Assembly (NCBI RefSeq): GCF_008831285.2
Contig: NC_045138.2
Span: forward strand, 8,246,001 to 8,310,000
Source: Nymphaea colorata
Taxonomy: Eukaryota
Length of the DNA stretch: 64,000 nt
Direction of reading: 5' to 3'
Positions 1 to 11,966 of this stretch are shown here, piece after piece (position 1 is the first letter of the stretch; every line of letters starts with the position of its first letter). Under the pieces are notes generated by a model, which saw only the letters and a program-made list of their open reading frames with translations, did no database searches and was not told the origin of the DNA. Made by a program: the position numbers and the translations under genes.

Positions 1-189
1 CCACGATATGAATAAGTCGACCAATCTTCACCAAGAAAGGACGTTGCAGTTTTAACACTACAGATCGCTACACCTTGCTTTTTTCTTAGTAAAATACTTT
101 ACGCATATGTAAGAGTTCAGGAGACGGAGAATAACACTAAAGGATTCACTTTCACTTACACAAGAACATATCCATCAGAGATGTTTTGT

Positions 190-660
190 TTTTCTCCGCC
201 GCAGACCAGCTACGTGTCAATGACACATCCATGCTCTTGGCTTTCACTGACGCTATTTAGCTGCACCATAAATAGTCTCAACATTTTTTTTCTGAAAGGC
301 ATCAAGATAGTCTTAAGAATAGTTGGTTTATGTTTGCCAGAAGCATCACAGACGGTCTCAACAATGTCTGGGCTTTAATCGATGCTTTCTGAGCATGGCT
401 GTAGATAGTTTTCCCTAGTATTTGAATTCATTGACATTTTTTTTAGAAAGCGCCACAAATTGTCCCAATAGTGCTGTAGCTTCACTGATACTATTGTGAG
501 CTGCATTGCATATAGTCTCAATTAGTATTGAGTTTCACTGATGTTCTTCCATAAAGCATCACAGACGATCCCAATTGTATTAGCTCTCACTGATGCTATT
601 GTAAGCCGTGTCCCAAAAGTCACAACAGTGTTGGATTTTCATCAGTCTCAACCATAGCTA
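190..660. repeat. Degenerate ~52-54 bp tandem minisatellite (~8 units)
   Basis: Recurrent TCACTGA(T/C)GCT...(GC)ATCACAGA..GTCTCAA motifs at ~52-54 nt spacing. Unit length is mostly not a multiple of 3. Boundaries approximate. Confidence 0.7.
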
Positions 661-1974
661 CCATTAGCACTCCAGTGCTTGTTTGCGCTCAAATGAGGAT
701 AGTAATGACGGCTTGAAAGTTACTAGAGTTTTGCATGTGCTTATGAAAACCTTGAGGAACCTACCCGAAAGAGGATGTTATTGTAGTCTCTTCCGCTAAC
801 AAGTTTCTTATATTATCACTGTGACTTGTATCAAATTCCTCCTTACTTCTTAGATCAGCTTTCATAATGAAGCTGCTCTTATACAGTTTAAGATGTCTGT
901 TATTATGTCCTTTTTGACGTGTAAATGTAGGATGTAAGTATAAGAGGCTGGCTTTTTTCCTGATCTGGTTTGGGGAGTATGTAATTATGACGTAGCTTTT
1001 GTGTCGTTAATATTCAAATCAAAGAAACGTTACTAAGAAGACTATTCAACCTTCATTGCACAGGCAGTTGAGTAGAGTTTGCATCATTGGTGACAAGTGT
1101 GCTATTTATTTATTTTTTATTGTAGGGTTTTCAAGTGAAAATGAGGAAACCCACCACCCAGTTGAAGGCTAAAGCCGCCACTCAACCCTTCACATGGTAT
1201 GCTTTTAATGTCACAAAGTGTTACCTTACCACGCTTCAACTTGCATGTTTCATCTTGCATGTCAATGGCCTCTCTTTCGTAGCATAGAGAGTTGATTGCA
1301 TAGAGTGACCACCTACCAGCTCATGTCCAGTCCATTGTGCCAACCACTTTGGGGACTATTGTAAAGTTACATTATTATGTTGTCAGGTGCACGCTTGCCC
1401 CAGCAATTCTATCTCAACAATAAGGATGAAACGGCCTCTCAAGAAAAGGATTAATCTAGATTAATTAAATGTCTATTTCATTGTAGAAAATTAATGGGTT
1501 TTTTGTTATAATATCCCAACATTTTTTGTTTATATTTAAATATTTGCCGTAGATAAAGTCCAAAGGAATATGGATCTAGAAGGACGAATCTAGCTAATAG
1601 GATGAGGATGATATGAAACACCCCTTTCAAAAATGCAGCGGGATCAAATTGCTAACCGACTTCCACTATGGAGATCGTCAACTCCATGCTAATTAAAAAA
1701 AAAAAAAATAGAAAGAGGATAGAAAATAACGTGACCATGCTTATTTAGAATGACGATCCAATTACATAGACTCAATAAGAGCATGCTTATCCTAGGAGTC
1801 AATTATATGAAGAAAGTCACAGAAAAAGTAGAAATCACGCAATCAACTCTACTTTCCAAATCACGATCACGAACGGAGAAGATGGGAGAATGAAGAAGAT
1901 GATGCTAGAAAAGCTTAAAGTATTTAGGCCGTAATCTCCATCTAACCACTCACAGATAAAGCCATGGTTTCCGC

Positions 1975-2077
1975 TAGAGCTGGGCATTGCCCCCCCTGAG
2001 CCAGGCTGCCAGCCCATACCCATAATTCAGGTCACATCGAACATCTCACAGCACGGGTTCGAGCCCAATACAGCCTG

Positions 2078-2113
<36 letters not shown>

Positions 2114-2214
2114 TATATATATATATATATATATATGTTGTTAAATAAAATCATTGAAATAAGATATCGGCCAAGTGAGTACCTGGCCCCGTGAGTTGCC
2201 GTTTCCAACCACTA
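1975..2214. mobile_element. Probable hAT-type MITE containing a (TA)n tract (~2082-2135)
   Basis: Starts TAGAGCTGGGCA, ends CCAACCACTA; GGCCC-rich ends with an AT-rich core, same layout as 2878-3144. No TSD seen. Confidence 0.45.
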
Positions 2215-2693
2215 TTTTTTTTCATAGATCTAAGTTCTACGCATGAAATCCGGTCCTCCTATAAATTCAAAAATGTGATTTTAAAATCGGAAATTGTAAA
2301 ACCCTGGATCTCTCAGCAGATCCAACCATTAGATTTGAAATCCAGGTCTATCAAATGTAGCCTAAAGGCATGTGTGATAGCTTCATGTCTTACTTCTGAG
2401 GCTGCTTGGCAATGTACAATTCATGTAACTCACTGTTTAATTAAACAAACAGTACGTTTCCTAATTGTCTATTTAATATCGACGTTATATACGTGAGGTC
2501 TGATGAGAGAGATCGGACCTTATATCTTTGTATTTCACTTGGGATCTCAGATATGATGTAAACAAAGTACATCCTATGGCCGACCTGATTCCAAATCAAA
2601 TCCACTCAGGAGAGAGAAGCTGAAATCCGCTGTTTGTTTAAACAGGGCATTTCAGAGTTGACAGTTGAGTTCCCCTTGGGATAAGCAAATTTG

Positions 2694-3391
2694 TAGGATG
2701 TCATTATATGAGTTTTGGATCAAATATTTGATGAACCATTTCGAAAAAAAAAAAGATATAAAAAAAAATATCTGATTAAAAATATAATCAGATTTGGAGT
2801 TCATTTGATCAGATTCCATTAAAATTCAGATATACATAAATAACCAATCTTATTAGGGTTCAGTTTTGGATTGGATGTAGGCTTGGGCATCGGGCCAACC
2901 GGCCCGATACTCAAAACCCAAGCCTGGGTTCAGTCTGATTATAATAAAAAATCTTTTTTTAGATGTAAAATAAATTTTTTGAATATAAAATACATTTTTA
3001 ATAATAAAATATATATTATTAATAAAATAAAAATAATATTTAAAATTTATCAGGCTGAATCTGGCCCCGTCAGGTCGACCCGGGGTGACCCGCTAGATTA
3101 TCGGGCTTGGTACCCGTGGGTACCCAGTCGGATAACCACCTCTAATTGGATGTAGTTTAAATAAATATTTTATATCCAATACTTGTATATTTTGAACATC
3201 GGCCAGATTCAGTTCAAAATTCAGATTGGATATGAATGTGAAAATAGTATCCGAATTGTGAAATCAGATTCCAGGATCGGATATGACTTTTTCATATGTA
3301 TTCAAATCCAAATGTATGAATATCCGAACAGGTAGATACGGTTAAGAGTTAAGAGTACATCCAATTTCAATCCTATCTGTTGACATCCCTA
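2694..3391. mobile_element. hAT-like MITE (outer element of a nested pair)
   Basis: Ends TAGGATGTCA ... TGACATCCCTA are inverted repeats; interior rich in GGAT/ATCC(G)A motifs. No clear TSD. Confidence 0.55.
2878..3144. mobile_element. hAT-type MITE nested in 2694-3391
   Basis: Perfect 8-bp TSD ATTGGATG at 2870-2877 and 3145-3152; degenerate TIRs TAGGCTTGGGCATCGG / CGGATAACCACCTCTA. Confidence 0.75.
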
Positions 3392-5139
3392 CTAACCTAA
3401 CCTAAAGACATAGATCATGGCTCACGTTTTGAGTAGATTTAAGGTTCGATGAACCCCCACTCCTTCCTTAAAAACGATAAAAAATTCCATGCCTTTTAAC
3501 AAGCAGCCTGAACAATGGATGGATTTCAGCCGTCCTGAATTTGAATTTTTCTTGGATCAACGTAGTTAAAAAACTTAAATTAGCTTCTAAATGTATGAAA
3601 CTAAAAAAAGGCAATTTGAGCCGATATATAGCAATAAGTATCAGCCAACGCAGTATACCGGTGATCAAAACGATCCCACGCTGATGCCCTTTTTTTACAA
3701 CATTATTTGGTTAAAATTGATGTCCTTTAGTGGCAAAGTAATGTTAAAAAAAAGTTTGCAGTTAATGTTGAATGCAGACGTTCTAGCAGTACCATCGACT
3801 GCTAGACCTTTCTTTTGATTTCTTTTAATCCTTAAGATTAATTTTCTTATCAACAATTTTGCAATATAAAAGCATATATTAAAAGAGAAATAAACTATTT
3901 GAATAGAATGGCGCACGCGTACGATTCAAGTAAAAAATAAAAATAAAAAATATATAAAACTGATTAAAAATTATGAAAATATATTAAGAAAAGTTAGTAT
4001 ATTTGGACTTGGTGTTCTTGAAGCGGCCGATTTGGGCAGATTCTCATAAAGCTAGTGTGGAAAAGTCCTTTCCCACATAAACTATTTCTTGATTTCTTGA
4101 CCCATATAAAGGGCCTTCGCTTTCATGATGTGGAAAACAGGGTTTATGGATTCTGCATTCTTCATCTGTTCATACCACATCTGATCATTAAAACTTGGAA
4201 TTGAAGACTATTTCAAAGTTCGAGCTCTCAAGAGCCGGCTACAAATATGATAAGTTAAGCCAGCACACCTAAGTACTGTTGAAGCAGTGGTCAAGCCATT
4301 TGAAAATAATATTCTGAGGGTCGTTCGATAGTTGAAACATTTTATGTAAGTATTTTATGAATCTATTTCAAAGTACCCACCAATCTCTAACAATGTTTTA
4401 TGAATTCACCTTACTTTTTAAGATAGATTCCTGAAATAGTAACAACCTTTTATTACTGCCAAACAACTTGTTCTAGAAAAAAAAAAACAAGAACAAAAAG
4501 AAAACAGGAAGATGCAAGTTTGAATATGGTTCAGCTAAAGCCAGCCAACGTAGGAGAATATTAATCTTTCTTCACTCATGTTTTATCTTGCTTTCGAGAA
4601 TTTCCGTTCCACGGAGAGGAGCCAATAACGAGAAAAGACACTTCAAATTAGATTGTGTCACAGACACTCAATCACGTGTTTGAAAGGAGCGTTCTAGCAG
4701 GAGACTGTGTTCCTCTCTCTCTCCAAAGTTGCACTTTGAGACAGTCCATCCAACCTTTCACACGTGCCACCGTTTGAAGAAATTTGATATACAGGTGTGA
4801 AAACTTTTTCAGTTGGACTTGGGTGGAAAGAAATTTATTAATTTTCACCATACATCTTAAAAATAAAGATTGATTTTTTTTTTTCAAGAACCTTTGTCCT
4901 TGATTTGACAAAGAGAATGTACAGTTTCTCTCATTTTCGTCCTCCGACAGTTTGACTTGGAAATTTTTTCACTGTACCTGCCGTGCATGACGCGTATAAA
5001 AAGTTGCTTGGGTTGGGTCCTAGGAGCACTCCTATCCCGAGGAAGGTGAGGGCTCTCGTTATATTTGGACTTGGCACTCCTTCATTTGCATGCTAAAAAT
5101 ATGCAATCCCACACTAATTGAAAAATAGGAGTTGACCTC

Positions 5140-8100
5140 TATGATGGATTGGAGAACCGTCCATCCCCTCCAAGGGTATGTCTTCGCCTCTGCGTCGGGC
5201 CGGCCCGGGCTTGGGCCAGGGAAAACCTGGCCAGGGCCGGGCCCGGGCCCGATAACCCAACCGGGCCGAGCCCGGGCCCGATAGGGCGGCCCGGCGGCGA
5301 CCCGGCCCGGCCCGACTCCCGCCCTCGGTCGGTCAGGCGGCCGGGCGGCCTCCGCCCTTCGCCCTCGCTCCCTCTGCCTCTCTGCTCCCTCACCCTTTTC
5401 CCTCTCCCTCTCCACCTGACCCGCTCGCTCTCCTCCCTCTCTGCTCCCCCTCTCCCTCTCTTCTCCCGTCTCCCTCTCCCTCTCTGCTCCCTCTCCCTTT
5501 TCCCTCTCCCTCGTTTCATATTACGCCCTTTCTCTCTCCTCACGGCCGTTCCTTCCTCTTGTTCGACCGACGGTGGCTTCCACCGTTCTTCCTCAATCAA
5601 AAACAAAGAGAGGGGAAGCTCTCGGTCTCGGGCGAAGACTCCTTCCTCGCCTGGTTCGCCCGGCGGTGAGGCTTTCGTTGTTTTCAAAAGAGAAACGAAG
5701 CAAAGAGGAGGAGATTGTCTTCCTCCCACGCTCGGACACTAGGGTTCTTCCGACACGGCTCCAATCGACCGTCCGACCCTCTTAGCCGCCGCCTCCACCT
5801 CTGCTGCTCCTTTTTTCAGCCTCGCCTCGCTGCGACAGGGATGAATCGACAGGGCGTCTCCCTCTCCGCTCTCCCTCCTCCTCTGAGTCCCCCTCTCCCC
5901 TTCCCGTCTCCTTGATACGAGCCTTCCTAGAACTCGAGCTACCCATGTTGGCACCTCTGTAGAAGGCGCTCGTATTGGTAGGGAGGCTAACTTTTCTTGT
6001 CTTGAGTTTGGTGGAAAACAGGTGGAGCCAAGCCGGCTGCACATGGAAGACCTAGGTGGGTTCGACCTAGGAGACCTAGACCCGCCCGGTCTAGGTGTGG
6101 AAGGCCCAGGCGCACCTAGCCTGGATGAAGAAGACCCGGACCCACTTAGTCCGGAAGAGGATGACCTAGGAACGTCTGGCCTAGATGATGGTGGGCTCAG
6201 CTTGGAGAGGAGCATGCATGATCCGGGCATGGATAAAGAGCAGTGGGCTCGGGCCCACTTGGAGAATCAAGTTGACGAAGCTCGGGCGGACCTGGGTGAG
6301 GTGGGGCCTTTGGCCCAATTCAGATTTGAACTTTTTATTTGAGTTAATTTGCTTATGTATCGTTTTCTTTATTAGACTCGATTTGCTTTTCGTCTCATCT
6401 TGAGACACAACTTGAAACCGGTTCGGGCACTTGTATTCAAGCCCAAAACCGAGACACTTATTCATTATCGTTTAATCAAATTGAAGTTTTTTCTCTCCGT
6501 GTGAGGAGTCTCGTGGACCTTAGGTCGTGGCTTCCATGGAAGCACTACATTGCAATGCTCACCAAGCCGTGAGATTAGTGGAGATTCAAGCTCCGTTAAT
6601 GGCCGCCGGCAGCCATTGACAACTTGGATTTACATCGTTCCGAACCAAGAGATCCTTGGATAGGCAGCCGTGCCTTCTCCTTGATCACGAAGGAGTTGAG
6701 AGGTGGCTGCACTAGAGGAAGTTGAAGGAGGCGCCGCCCGTGGTTCTGGCTCGTCTTCTTCAACATCGACATCCGGCGAGTTTCTCATCGTGAGCTAAGT
6801 ATTCCGATCTTCCTAGTACTTGGTAGATGGGATCTCGGTTCTCCCTTAACCACAACATCAACGCAGACCCAAGCCTTGCATTCGGGGGATAAACTCCTCG
6901 TCTAAGTAGGTCTGGACCAGCGGCATCGCGTGGAGAAGAAGACCTACCTTGGAGACGACTTGAGGACGATCGGGAGCATCCGACTGGAGTTCTTCCAGCA
7001 GCATAAATCTTGGTAATATTCTGTTGAATCTGAGATAGGTGAGGCGTCCCTAACCTCTATACGAATTCTGGACCAAAAAGAGAAGGCTAGGGTGAGGAAG
7101 GAGAAAGTCCGCGGAAGGAAAGAGCGCCATCGCGGAGGGAAAGAAGGAGAAGCACGGAAGAGGCGACTCTCGGATTTCTGAAGGGCGCGTCAGAAACCAC
7201 TTCTGCTAAAACAGCTGTATCTGGAGATTTACTGGGAGTTTTGAGGCGATCTATAGCTTGTTGGAAAGCTCTCATCTTCAGGTACAACATACTAAAATTT
7301 CAGCCTGATCGGACCAGGGCGCACTGGTCACATCCGCCGCTGACGTTCACTGTTTCCGCCACCGCCGCTCAGGCGCAGTCCGCCGCAGAACCGCCACTTG
7401 CAGAGGCTGTTTCCGGCGATTTCGGTGGAGTTTTCAGGCGATCCATATACTGTTGGATTCGTAATTAAAAGTTCTACAACATATCCAAAAATCAAGATAT
7501 TTGGACTTCATTTGGCTGGTGAATCATCTACTGCAAGTTCTGGACGTTGAAGGACTGCTTGCCGGTTTTCATGGAGTAGGTTCGAATTCCGGATAATTTT
7601 CCGGCCAGATCCGACCATTGGGTAATTAGTTCCAAGTCTGCCCTTGCTATATCTTGATTTTACTTGAATTAATTCACATTTAGCATGAGCAATTTGGTCA
7701 TGAGATGCGAGCTCAACCCTAGCGCATAAGTACATCAAAAAGGCAACATTTGGGCGCCGTCCAGCCTTTCCTTATCCTCTTGCGACGCTTTTGGCAAGAG
7801 ATCCACAGTTGATTGATGAGGAGGACAGGTGGCAGCTCGGGAAGGAAGGCGCCATCCATCTGGCCCACCAAATCAGCGACGAAAAAAGGGAAGGCGATCT
7901 CCTTCTAGATCCGTCCCTATAACTTTGGAAAGGAGATTCCCACGCCTTAGGTACGTTGAATCTGGACCCTTCTCAAATAAGGCAGGTGCTAGGTGGCGCC
8001 ACAAGGTGAGGACACGTGGCAAGAGGCAGCTCGCGTCATCCCCGTAAGATCCTCCTTCCCGATTTGATCTCCAACAATCAAGGAAAGAGATCGGTCAGCC

Positions 8101-9830
8101 GATTAGGTGCATTGCACCTGGTCATTATCCAAATAAGACAAGATCTTGGCGCCATCCTTGGAGATTCTCAACGCACGATTGGAGGAGATTCTTCCACGAT
8201 CCTAGGAGGGAGCCTCACGTCAATCTTGGGGGAGGTCTCTTAGCCCTAGCTCGTGTGAGGGAAAGAACGACCACTCTTTGAGAACTCGAGGAGCCGTGGA
8301 GAGCAAGGAGGGAGACACCGCGCCGGAGTCCGACCAGCATTCATCGCCAGAGCTCTCCACTTCACCGGAGAAGAAGGAAGTCACGCGTGTGTTGGCGCTT
8401 CCAACACTTGTTTCCCCTATCTACGACACTTCCTAGGGGTTATTCGATTATCCGGTGAAGTGCATCCACGAACCCTCTTTCATTTTTTTTATCATTTGGA
8501 TCGTGATTACTTGTGTTCGTGTGGTTCATTTGGGAGTCTTGCCCGTGAGTTCGTGGGAGATAGTAGGGGTCGGAAACGAAGGAGTAGGAGCGTAACTTGA
8601 GGATTGCCTCAACGTCCGCCGGCGCACCGGCGATTGCTTCCCCTCTAATTACAAAGGACCGGGGTTAAATTGGTCTTACGGGTGAAGGCTCTCCTCATCT
8701 AGAAGTTGATTTCTCTTTCACTTCTATACTTGATACTTGCTGGTGTTGTTTCTCAAATCCTCATTCCATCAAAGAAACATGTGGCTCAACCTCTTCCCGT
8801 GGGAGATTGGAACCCGAGAGGGAGAAGGAACCGCATCCGTCGGGCGAAATCGACGATAGCATCCCCAAATCGACATTCTGTTCACTCTTGGGGTTGATTG
8901 GGAATCCGGTGACGATACTCCCCCTCTCTCTATCGTTTCTTCCTAGATAGAACTTGATTTCCTTCTCATTATTGTGATTCTATCTAAGGACTATTGCTGC
9001 CCGGAGTTGAAGGGGAGCTGAATACCGAAGGGCAATCTTGCGTTGTTGGCCTTTACCTTCGGTGAGCAAGAGGAGTCCCTAAGCGAGGCCTTGGGAGGTA
9101 ACATCGGATCATCTTATAGATCCGGGGAAAGGGTGTATTTGCTTTCCAAACCGCTTACGACATTGACAACCGGCTGGAATCCCTCCAAAGCACCTTGCCA
9201 AGGACACGATTTCTGGGTTGTGGACCACCTAGGGATAAGGGTGTGGTTTGTCCCGACTAGGGATTGAATGACAGGATGGTTTGCATGGTTTAGTGGATGT
9301 TGAGTGAGATGAGTGCTTGATGTATCGCTACGCTTTGTATTAAGCCTTACACCTATTCTAGACCATTGTAGTAGGCTCAAGCCGGGATTGGGGAAGCCCT
9401 TCTTGTACTATCTTGACCTATTATTAAGCCGAGGTGACTGTCTGGCGGGAACCATTAATTGTATTGAAATTTTAAACCCTAAATCGGTGACATCCTCTTA
9501 GATCTTGGAGAGGGTCTCGACGGCCCCTTGGTGACTTTCTTATCCGCATTCGGGCAGACCCTACCACTCGCTCTCCCTTTTCCCTCTCTGCTCGTCTCCC
9601 TCTTCGCGACGGGCCAGGCCCGACCGCTCGTCTCCCTCTTCGCAGCGGGCTGGGCCGGGCCTGACTTTTGGTGGCCAGGCTCGGTACCCGGCCTGGCCCG
9701 GCAAGTTCATCGGGGGCCTGGCCCAGCAAGTTCATCGGGCCGGGCCCGGGGCTTCAGGCCTATTGGGCCACCCGGGCCGGGTCTTAGGGGGCCGGGCCGA
9801 GGCAGCCCGGCCTGATGCCCAGGCCTATTC
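5140..9830. mobile_element. GC-rich non-coding block, probably LTR-retrotransposon-derived; boundaries unresolved
   Basis: Sharp GC rise over the flanks; GGCCC arrays at both ends, CT-rich tracts, internal duplications; no recognisable protein domain in any ORF. Confidence 0.45.
7814..8700 (+). mobile_element. Candidate solo LTR (TGATG...CATC termini, CRM-like)
   Basis: Begins TGATGAGGAG, ends CTCCTCATCT (9-bp inverted repeat); CTATAA near 7917; no PBS or PPT adjacent; TSD not clean. Confidence 0.45.
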
Positions 9831-11454
9831 GCCATTGTTGAAAAATAGAGACCGGACAAGGGATTGTCTCTTTCTTTGTTCTCCTTCTTTCAAGTCTTTG
9901 CACCATTTAAAACTGCAAGCTTTGCGAAAATCCAAAAAGTGGTAGAAGTCTTGGCCACTTCCCTAAGAACACATTTGGCAACAACTACAATTGTTTCGGT
10001 CTCATGAATCTATCCTAAAGATTGGGATGAATTAATAAACTATGGTAACATAATGACTTGTAAATCTACCTCAATCTTTTCAATCTTTGGAACAAATTCA
10101 TAGGACAATAACAACGTGTTACTATTACCAAACTGACCCTACATGTCAACCTTTCATGTTTCAATGAAACGTGCCTTTGAGTTTGAAAATTTTACATTCT
10201 TATATAGTTTAATGCATATGGAAAATGATTCATGTGTTTCATGCATTTGAGTGTTAATCCTGTATATTTTAGGAGTTAAATATGAACACATCTGCACTAA
10301 GTTAACATTCTATACCTGGTTTTAAGTTAGAAAGAATGTAAATTTAATAAATATCTTATATTCAATACCCATGCGTTTTGAAAATAAGTTTTTAATATAG
10401 AAAAATTGTGTATTTAAAAGTCAAACTTTTGCATCCAGTTCTAAATTTTAAAGTTGGATTTAGATGGGATTGGGATTTTGAATTTAGAATTCAGACAACT
10501 CCATATGACATGGACTTTTTTTTTATTGGCATTTGAATCTGAATCCAAACCCAATCATCTGAACATTCAATAAATCAAATATGGTGAAGGGTGCACCTCA
10601 GTCGAGTATGATCTCATTAGCTACTACGCATCACATCAACTCTCTTTTGCTGTGTTGAGAGAAATTTTCAAAAAATCACCACAAGAGCTATTGAGGCCAT
10701 TTAAGTCAATAAAAATAATTTTAAGAAACATTTAAAAAAAGGTGGCCAACTTAAGTCATTCAAGGTGTATAATGGTGTGTAGTGAATAAATTGCTTTTCA
10801 TTTGAAAGGCGTAATATAACTGGTTGGATAGGTGGGTGTATAAAAAAACACATTGTCTTTGGATCATAAATAACCGTTAAAAGTCCCTCATGTAGCTCAA
10901 AATTTTAAACGCAAAGAGAATTGGAGGTCTTTGGGTTTATTTCGAATGGTGCGGTGCCCATCGAAAAATAAACTGCTTTTGACCGAGAAGAGAGAAGCCT
11001 ATATTTTCATTTACAGCATCTGTTTTAAAAAGGACAAAATGGGAAACTAAATGAGTTTGTGGGTGGCACCAAACTGACCCCAAGGTCACATGGGGGAGAG
11101 CAGACTTCACAGTCTCCCTTTTCATGTTCACACTCGGGCCCTCCACAAGTCCTCCACCATTTAAGAAACAAAGTTTGTAGACTGCACACAATCAAAGCAA
11201 CACAGAATCGTGTTTAAAAGTTCTTGCAAAAAAAAAAAAAGCAAGCTTAAGCTCTAAACACTTTTCATTTAGCTATTGCTTTTACTTATTTCCGGCGTCT
11301 AAATATAAAGAATATATACTTAAATGAGTTTTCTGTGATTCATTTAAGAGCTAAGCACGTAAGTTAGTAAAACGATCCACAACAAGGATCAAAGATCTTT
11401 AAATTGAAAAAAGCAAATTGAAGTAGAGAATGGTTCTGCCTGTAAGTAGGCTTA

Positions 11455-11966
11455 AAATCACTGTAAAAAAGTCGGCCGTTCAATGCCTTTCAATGGAGAC
11501 GCGAGAGCAGAGAGAGGCAGGCGGCAGGCACGCGGAGAAGTGGTAGGTAGCCGAGAGGGAGCTCCTCCTTCCCCCTTAGTCTCTACACTTACTTACCTTC
11601 AAAGAACAACGGAAATCTCTCTCTCTCTCTCTCCAGATCTTTCTCTCTCCCTCTGTCAACTCCCCAAGTCGCTCACCCCGTCAAGAGGAAAGAGACGAAG
11701 TGACCTGCGTCCCCCATCTTCCTTTTGTTTCGGCGACGCGTTTTCTTGGCCGCGGTAAAACAAAGTCTCCTTTGAAATTTCTTTTGCTGTTTCCTTTGAC
11801 AGAAAGGAAAAGACAGTACCTTATTTTCCCACCGTGATCAAGTCCTATATATGGGGACAGTACATGCAACACCATTGAAGCGCAGAGGGAAAGGAACAGA
11901 GAGCGAGAAGCAGCGCAACGGGGGTGGCCTGCAAGCAGGAACACGAATTTTCCTTTTTTTTGGAAG
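11455..11966 (+). promoter_or_regulatory. Proximal promoter/5' UTR of phytocyanin gene 1, homologous to 43788-44260
   Basis: Collinear blocks shared with the gene 2 upstream region (e.g. TTTTGTTTCGG(C/A)GACGCGTTT, CAAAGTCTCCTTTGAAA); TATA-like CCTATATAT at ~11844; CGCG-box and GTAC motifs. Confidence 0.7.

Noticed and set aside
190..660. CRISPR array
   Set aside because: Eukaryotic context, no cas genes, and the spacers are homologous to each other.
4318..4470. Tourist-like MITE (GGGTCGTTCGATAGT / ACTGCCAAACAACT)
   Set aside because: Inverted ends too degenerate and no TSD; cannot be supported by eye.
5059..6230. Long overlapping Arg/Pro/Gly/Glu-rich ORFs
   Set aside because: Expected from GC- and CT-rich low-complexity DNA; no domain recognised.
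11880..11925. miR408 target site in the gene 1 5' UTR (GAGAAGCAGCGCAA)
   Set aside because: Too many mismatches to GCCAGGGAAGAGGCAGTGCAT, including central positions, and not retained in gene 2.
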